Positions 46,801-55,800 of a DNA stretch of 64,000 nucleotides are shown here, piece after piece; position 1 is the first letter of the stretch, and each line of letters starts with the position of its first letter. This stretch comes from Ministeria vibrans ATCC 50519 (Eukaryota; Protista; Filasterea). A model generated the notes under the pieces. It worked only from the letters and a program-made list of their open reading frames with translations, made no database searches and was not told the origin of the DNA. The position numbers and the translations under genes were made by a program. Location of the stretch: NCBI GenBank assembly GCA_943704425.1, contig CALSCP010001679.1, positions 83,430 to 147,429 on the forward strand. The letters are read 5' to 3'.

Positions 46801-49800
46801 TGCTCGCCGTCAACAACAACGGTCTGTCCACCTTGTCGCAGGCGCTGGCCGTCACCGTCGACACATCACCTGCTACCGTGAGCCCACCGCGTGTTTGGGG
46901 CACGGCGATATCCGCCGATGCGACTCGCAGCGTCTACATGGTGGTTGACACGAGCACGTCGACACCTGTCGAGCTGTGCTTTGCCGTGGACGCTGTCGAC
47001 AGCGAGAGTGGTGTTATTCAACTTGCGATTGAGGTGGGTACCATTGCGGATTCTTCTGCGTTTGGTGTGTCATCGCTTGTGGCTGCGACAGCTGATCCCG
47101 CTACCAGCACCAAAGTGTGCGTTTCCGGCGATGCATCGCTGCTCAACAGTGGCGTGGCATTGTATGCCACGGCCATTGCCACCAACGGAGCTGGTTTGGG
47201 CTCGCTGGCGCGCTCTGCGCCCCTCTTCGTGGACAACACGCCTCCCGACACGAGCGCTGCGGTCGTCACGTTGTCGCCGACGGGACTTCAGGCTGTGCCC
47301 TTTACCTGGTGGGACGTGTCGTTTACACACGCGAGTCCTTGTGTCTCGGTGGTGGGTGTGAGCGAGCCCGAGTCACGCATTGAGCAGGCGTGGGTGAACA
47401 TTGTCATGGTGAACACATCGCAAGTGGTTGCACGTCTTACGCTGAGTGACATGCAAGTGGCCGGGCGCACGCAGGCGTGCTTTGCCTCGCACCTTGTTGC
47501 CGCTCAGCATCTCGTGGCCGGCTTTGTCTACCGTGCCGATGTGATTGTTGAAAATGCTGCGGGACTGAATGCATCTGTGAGCTCGACCGAGTTCCTTGTC
47601 GACACAAGTGCTCCTCGAGCTCCCACTGCCGTGGAGCTTGTGTTGACCGACGGGACACTGGTGGGCTCGTGTGCACCGCTGAAGCACAGTCTGACGGTGC
47701 GTTGGTCGGGCGCGTACGATGTCGAGAGCGCCTCCCTTGCAACATCCATGGCATGGACAAGCGTGGTGAACAACAAGATTGCCACGCCCGACCTGGAGGC
47801 CTTTCAGCCTGTCGTGAGCACGGCGAGCACAAGCGAGTTGTCATCGCCGCTGTTTGTAGATGGCATGCAGCTTGTGGTGTGGATTCGAGTGCGCAACGCG
47901 GCTGGTGCCTACACCATGGCACGCTCGCAAGTGGTGCGTCTCGTGAACGCCGCTCCCGAGATTGTCTCGCTCACTCTGGCCTCGGCAAATACGTCAACAC
48001 GCACGTGCACCACCAACGCCACTCACCTGCGCGTTCACTGGAAACTCAATAGCGCACGAGCGTCGTCGCTTTGCGGTGGCACGCGCATCGTGCTGTCGGT
48101 GGGCACCACACGCGGTGCTCACGATCTTGTTGCGGGCGGCACAGCCTACGCTGCTGCTGACTGGGCCGACAACGAAGCGTATGCGGACGTGCCTCTTGTG
48201 AGTGGCATCTCGAGTGGCGATCGTTTGTACTTGTCGGCGAGCGCCTCCTCGGTCGGACTCACAAGCGTGCTCGAAGTGGAACGGAGCGTTGTGGTCGACA
48301 CGACGCCGCCCGTGTCGTCGTTTGCGTCCTCCTTTACAATTGCGCAGGCACGCCAGTCGTGTGGCACGACCGCCTCTGCGTGGCATGTGTCGCGCTCAGA
48401 CACACTGGCCATGTCATGGGATGCACCCGTGGACACCCACAGCAGTGTCACCAAGGTGTCGCTTTCGTTCGGATCGGCAGCCGGGCTGGACGATGAGGGC
48501 ATCTGGTTGCCAGCGACCCCTTCCACCACACAGCTCATTGTGCCCCTGTCTGTCTCATGGACGCGAGTGTATGTGCGGATGGAGGCGTGGAGTTGTGATG
48601 GTGCACTTGTGCAACGTGAAGATTTTGGTCCAATTGTGGTACATGCGGACGATACCCTGGCACTCACCACCGCATCACTGTCGCTGATGCCCACCTCGGC
48701 TGTGCAGGGTCACCTTGACCGTATCATGGTGAACACAAGCGCACTGGCTTTGTGGTCTGCCGCACACGAAATTGAGTCGCTTGTCGCTGTGGTTGCAGAC
48801 GCTTCGTGTGTGGTGGCGCCCCAGGCCATTCGCTACGCTCTCGAGAGCAGTGCGTCCACCGTCACCGTCCCCGGCGTGCTTGTGAACGGAGTGCATGCCA
48901 CAGTGGTGTTCTACGCGACACTCTGTAGCGGTCTTGAACTCGCACCGGTGTGTTCGTCGCCCGTACACGTGGTGGCGGGTGCACCGTCTGTTGCACGCGC
49001 TACCTTGTCAGCCAATGTTGTTTCTGTCAACGATACACTTACTGTGAGTCTGTGGAATGTGTCACACGCCGTACTTACGACGGGCTTTTCGGTGAGTGTG
49101 GTTGCGTCGCGTGCCGGTCAAGCACCATGGGAGGTGGCAAGTGTCGCCTCGTTTGACGAAGGCAATTTCAATGTGAGTGTTGTGTCTCCGGTTGCAACTG
49201 CTGGCACAGTGTCACTCACGGCGCGTGTGTGTTCACTAGCGACAGTGTGTGTCTACCACGACTTGGGTGTGGTCACGGTGGACGCCACCGCGCCACTTGA
49301 CCTTGACTTTGATGTCGAAGTGTTCGGCTCGAACCGTTCGTCGCTTGCCGTCGCTGTGTCAGGTGTGGCGCGTGACGAAGAGTCCCGTGTAGCAAGCTGC
49401 AGTGCGCGCCTTGATGGCACATCGGCTGTCGAGTGGACACTGCTTGCTATCGACGGTGGTCAGGAGCTCACGGGACAAGTGACGCCCATCGACTGGTCGC
49501 AGGAGTCGCACACCGTCAATGTGAGTGTTTCGTGTCGCAACGGTGCCGGCCTGGACTCGGCCTGGACGCATGTTGCCTCGGTAAATGCGTCGCTCTTTGT
49601 CGAGTCATTGCCCACGGCCATTCTCTCTTCGCCTGTTCTGACTCAAGTAGATTCGGTGACAGTGAGCTGGCGTGCAGCGCAACTGGGCTTCCAACGTCCC
49701 ATTAGCTATGCGGCGACCATCGCAGTACGCGACGACCAAGGCGAACGTGTGTATCACGCAACAGAACTGGCATCGACACGTCGCAGCTGGACGACACTGA

Positions 49801-52800
49801 TTCGCAGTGTTGACCAGCCCCACATGGGTGAAGTTGTGCGTGTTCGTGCGAACGTGACGGCACACTTTGCCGATGGGCTGGCACTTCAAGGTGCGGGTGC
49901 CGAAGCCATTGCCTTGACACACCACAAATGGGTGTCGGTGTTATCCGATGCGTATGTGGCACGTACAAGTAATGTGACAGGCATCATTACGCTCCCGTCG
50001 AGCGCCCCAGGTGCGTCTATTCGCTCCCACTTGACGGTGGGACACCTGCCGGGTTCGTCGAGCGTCGGTTCAATTGTGCACACGCGCGTGAATGCGTCGT
50101 GGACTGTAGGTATGCCTGTAGGCGAGACAGCTGTCTCCGGTGAAACTGTCTTTGCGTCGATGGGCGCGTGCTTTGTCGAAATGCAACGTCCGTGTGCCGA
50201 TGCTGTCACACACTCACTCACTGTCGACGATAGTGCCCCCCTTGGTGAAATTGTGCCGACGCAAGAGTGGCAGAACAATGCGACGCATCTTGCGACGTCT
50301 CTTGTGGGCGTGCGGGATCCTGAATCAGGTGTGGAGTCGTGTACCGTAACACTGAGCGATTATAATACGACGCGTGTCTTGGGTACACACGTGTCCAATG
50401 ATGGCTTCAAGTTGCGAGAGACTGTGCACGTGCCGTTTACGATGCCCCTGACCGAATTGACGCGTGTTCGTGTTGGTGCCGTGTGTGTGAACAAGGCGGG
50501 TCTTGTCGCCGCACTTGTGACCAACACTGTGGTCACTGTGGTGCCCGATGAGCAACCTATTGCGCTGGCAAATTTGACTATGACGACGAGCAGTGGCTCT
50601 GTCGAGTGTGCGACCGAACGCAGTGTGGTCGATGTCACGTGGGTTGTGCCTGACACTACAACTCTTGCGCGTCTTGCGTCGACATCGTTTCAGTTCTCGC
50701 TTGCCAACTCGATCTCTGCTGTTTCCAGCGTCGACTTTGAGTGGATTGATGTGCACGATGGACACGTCTCTGCGGTGCTTGAGTCGTCACATGTCGGCAC
50801 TGTGTATGGCTATATGCGTCTTGTGAGTCGCACGGGCGTCACACACATACAACAAGTGGGGCGACCACTCATTGTGGGCGGTGCACTCTCGACACAGACT
50901 TCGTTTGGCCTCACATCCGTCTCCATCGAGGCGGCGTCGGGTGCCTCTTGTGTTGACAGCTCGCTGTCTTTGCTCACGGTGCGTGTGCAACTTCCATCGC
51001 TCGCTCTGTGTGCCCTTCAATTTTTGGAGGTGTCAGCGTCGCTGCGCACTTCCGACCAAGTCTATGTGGTATCACCGAGTGTGCACAGCGTCGACGAGGT
51101 TAGCGCAGAGGCACAAACAAACGAGACGAGCACTGTGTTCCTTAAAGTGCGTCTGTCGGACGTACTGCGCGCCTCCAATGCTGGCAGTCGCCGTGTGTTG
51201 CAGGGAGCGCAATTGCAAGCGACAGTGACGGCACGAGGCGGCGTCACGTCGAGCACAGGTGGCGCACCCGTCATGCTTAGTGACTCGCTCTCGAGCAACA
51301 CAGTGACGCTGTCGTCACCGGCCAACATGCGTGCCATGGTGGTGCATGTGGAAGCGTCGCGATCCGACAGCAGTGTTGTCGCCCCAGTGCCCACACCTGC
51401 GTATGTGCCAGTGCTTGTGGATGCCAGCGGGACGGTAACACTCTCGCTGCGCTGGGTTCACAGCATGGAGGCGATGGCAAACGAGGTTGAGTCTATCCTG
51501 GTGGCGCTTGTAGACGATGACACGCGCGAGACAGTTCTCGAGTACGCAACGGCCTCCCTTGAGCACAATGCGACACGGGCTACTGTCGTCTGGCCGGCGA
51601 CACTTGCGTCGGCGCAGGGTCGCGATCTTCGCCCCATTGTGCGCTTCTATTGGTGTACAGGCGAAGCGGTGGATGTGGAGACGATGGCGCGTGTGCGACT
51701 CGACGGCTCGGCACCCGTCGTGGGCGAGGCACGTGTGCGTGGCGACGATTCCCGCTCTGACGGACGTCCTTTGCAGGTGGCTCAGTTGCGACGCGACACG
51801 CTTCTCATTGATGTGGCCCGTCTTCGTGATGCAGCTACCTTTGTTGCTAACGTTGTCGTGTTGATTCGCGATGCGACTGCCACCGAGGAAAGCACGGGTG
51901 CCTGCCTCGATGAAGCCTCAGCTGACGATCCTGCTGTTCAATCTGCCGTCTACGATGCGACTGTGGGAGTGGTTCACGCTGCACTTGCACACCCGTTAAG
52001 CTTGAACAAGGCATACACAGTGACGCTGTGGGCGCGAGACTCGGTGGGTCTCGTGTCGAATGCCACTTGTGCTGGCGTTGTCTATGTGGAGACACTGAAC
52101 GCAACTGTGGCTGGCAGTATCGAGCTGACCACAACGACCATGCTCGCGTGTACCTCCAATGCAGCGACCGGACGCACACTGCTCAGTTGGCCGGCGCTTC
52201 TGACGAACCCAGACGCAGCGTACAGTGTTGGGCTGCGACTTGTGGTGGCGAACTCCATGCTGGTGACGCCTCTCACCCGTTGGCTTCCGGTAGGTGCGGT
52301 TCAGGCGGTAAATGCGTCGCTTAGTGCGGGTGTGTACGCCGTGAGTGTGGTGGCGCAACACAAGACGCGCGCCTCGGTGGTTCTACGCGGTACTTGTGTC
52401 GTACCTGTTGTCGCGGATTCGCTTCAGCCTTTTGTGGGCGAAGGTTGGAGCGATGCAGAGGATTTGCAGTGGATCTCGTCGACGGCCCAACGTCTGCCGG
52501 TGCACTGGCAAGGATTTGCATCGAGCACTGTCAGCTGCACACTTCGTGTGAGCTCTAATGTGTCGGTTTTTGGTCTGAGCGAAACAGTTCCCGCTTCCTC
52601 TTCCGGTCTGATTGTGGTCAACGTCTCGTCGCTCGCGAGCGACACCAATGTGTTGGCGCTCTACGTTACGCTTGAGTGTCAGTTGAGTGACGGACGCACG
52701 CAACGTGCCACGTCCAATGGCGTACGCATCGAGCAGGCCTCAACGAGCGCCAGCGCAGTCTCGGTGGAGCGCACTGTGGTGGTGCGCGGTGAACTCGCGC

Positions 52801-55800
52801 TGGTGCGTGTAAGCTGGCTCGCCGAAAACGACGAGTTTGCGTCGGTGGCGGGTGTTCATTTGTCTGTGGACGTAGGCGATGGTTTTGCCCTTGCTGGACC
52901 GGTGTGGGACACGCGCGCCGCAGGTGTGGTTGAGCTGGCACTGATGTACGCTCACAATGGCTCCTTTGTGACCCCCACATCGGCACATGGACTTGTTGCA
53001 AGTGCCACTGTGACACCTGTGAGCGCAGTGGGTGCGTCTGGGACGCCACTGACGTCGATTAATAGCACTCTGGAGCACACAACGCCTAGTGTGTGGGGTG
53101 TGACGCTGAATACAACACTGACCGCGTCGACTCGTACGGTGAGCGTTGCCTGGCAATCGCATGGCGGTGACCAAACATGGATCAACGTGGAGGACGCCAC
53201 CAGTGCGACAGTGCTGTCACGCACGGACGTTTTGGGTGAAACGTTCACATCAGCGGTGGTAGCTGTGCCCGTATCGGCGGGCGTCGACACTCGCGTGAGC
53301 GTATGTGTGGGAATGCACAGTGAACAGTCGACGTGCGCCTCGATGCGTCTTCCTATTGATACCTCGGCGCCCTTGGTGTTGGGTACCATTCCCATTCGTG
53401 GCAAAACAGTCGATGGCGGGACTGTGTTTGTGAATGCCTCTGAGAGTGTTCAAGTGCTTCTTTCGCGTGCCATGGTAGACCCGGAGTCGATGTTGACGCG
53501 CTGCTACGTCGGGGTGCGCTGGGAGGGCAATGCCAATGTGGACGACAGTCAAGTGTCTACGATTGAGGTAGCCGCTGCCGCCACACTGGTGGTACCGCTA
53601 GCGGACCTGCTGGTGAATGTCTCTACGAGTATGGTGGCGGATGCGCGACTTGAGATCACCTGTGCAAACGAGTGGCAACTCACCGCAGAGTCGACAACCG
53701 ACACCTTTGTGATTGTGATGGGTGATGCGCCAGTGTCGGCCAGCGTGCGTGTGGCCCCGACTGGCGTGGGCAGCGACTCAGTTTTGGTAAACGCCTCGCT
53801 TGGTGTTGCTGATGCACTGGTAGACGCGCCTCTAACAGTACTTGTGAACGCCTCACTCGTGGGCGGTGGTTCGCAGGCGCGTCTGCGGTCACTGGTCAGT
53901 GGCGTTGACGTGTACGTGCACAGTGCCGCGAGTGGTGAGTCACTGGGAGTGTGGTCGCTCAATGTGAGCCAGTGGCTTGAGACGGGCGCTGTGTCAGTGG
54001 TGCTTCCGCCGAGCGTGCACCTGCTTGTGGGCAACACGTCGGCCACAGTGAATGTTTTTGTTGCCATTTCCGTGGCCACGTCGCCAAGGCGTATCTGGTC
54101 GAGTGCTCTCGCGCAGCTGCGTTTGCATGCGCGCGTGCACTCCGCCACGCATGTGGTGCATAGCGTTGCTTTTTCAAGTGCGATTCAGAAGAGCCAGTGG
54201 GCCTTTGCCGTGTCGTGGTCGCTTCACACGAACACCGTGCGTGGCAACACTGGTTTTGAGTGTGCCGTGCGATCCCTTGCGGTGTGTCTTGGTTTGCGTC
54301 GGTTTGAGTGCGACCTGGTGTCGTTCCGCGAGGTGTCCCTAGGCGCCTCGGGCACGACAGTGCACGCTGCGAACATGGTGGTGGCCGGCACAAGTGTGTA
54401 TGCGACGGTGCGTGTCGAGGACTGTTGGGAACGACGCTCGTTTGCGGTTGCCGCGCAGCCAGTACTTGTCGATCCCACGGGCCCAGTGTTCACGGGTGGT
54501 GTTCGAGTACGTGTCAACGCATCGGATGTGGCTGCTTTGCTGATGGGACTGTCTGTGACGCCCGCTATGACAAACAGTGTAGACACGGTGCGTCGCACGG
54601 AGGAAACGCTTCTGGTAGAATGGGGACCTGCGTATGACTGGGAATCGGGTGTTGTGTGCAACGCTTCGCTTGTGTTGAGCAACACCACGACGTCGGTGCT
54701 GGACATTGACGAACTTTCGATGGCGGGAGATGGCACGCAAGTGACCACGTTCAATCTGAGTGCGATCCCGTTGGAGCACGGTGCACGCTTTGAGGTGCTC
54801 ATTATGTGTACGAATGGCGCTGGTGATGTGGCGTCGCGTCGCTCGTCCACCGTGACCATTGATGCCCTGCCCCCCGTGTGCGGTGACGACGGCACTGGCA
54901 ACCAGAACAGCACAGTGTTGGAGTGGCGACGTCCAATGCGTAGCGCGTCGACGCCTGTCTGGCTGGAACGCATGCAAGCGTATGTGTGGGACGGCACGGG
55001 TATCATGAGCTACGCGTCGACGGTATTTGACGACGCGAGTGAGGGGACGCCTTCGTCGCTTGCCGCTACCTGGCTTACAGTGGATGAGCAGGTGTTGTCA
55101 AGCACCGAGCAAGTGTGGTCGACGGCTGTGGGACGTGCTGGGAGCACTGCCTCGGCCGCTGTGCGTCTCAATGTAACGGACATCTGGTCGAACCTTACTC
55201 AAGATGGTCGAGCACACCAGCTTGCTGTCACTTCGCTGGACTCGGCTGGCTACGCATGTGCGCACGCTGTGAGCATTGCGCTGGACACCAGTGTGCCGCA
55301 AATGAAGGCAATGGAGAGCCCACTTGCTGCTGTCGAGGCTGTGCAGGCCAACGTGTCGTTTGTGGCCGACGCCGAATGGCTGACGGTGAACAACGTGCCT
55401 GTGTTCTACGACGACGAGAGTGGCGTCAACGAGGTTGTGGTGGAGGTGCTTGACGAGGGGCGCTACTCGGCGTGCAACCGCAGTGCAGCCGCCGAGGCGC
55501 GCGTGGCCCTACTGCGTGCCGACGACACGTCACTTTTTGACTCGACCAACCTGCGCAGTGTCAACGAGAGCGAGCCTTCAAGTTTACTTGTGAGTTCTGT
55601 GAATGCAACAAATGCCCAGGTGCCTGTGAGCACCAGTCTCGTGGTGGGCTCGACGGTCGTTGTGGTCGACTCGTGGAACTCGTCGCTGGCCATTGCTAAT
55701 GGTTCGGTGCTGGTGGACACGGCCTTGCGCACAGGCCATGCGCACCGCGTGCGCGTGTGGGCGCGTGGTGTTGCTGGCAAGTCGGCGTATGTCCAGGCCG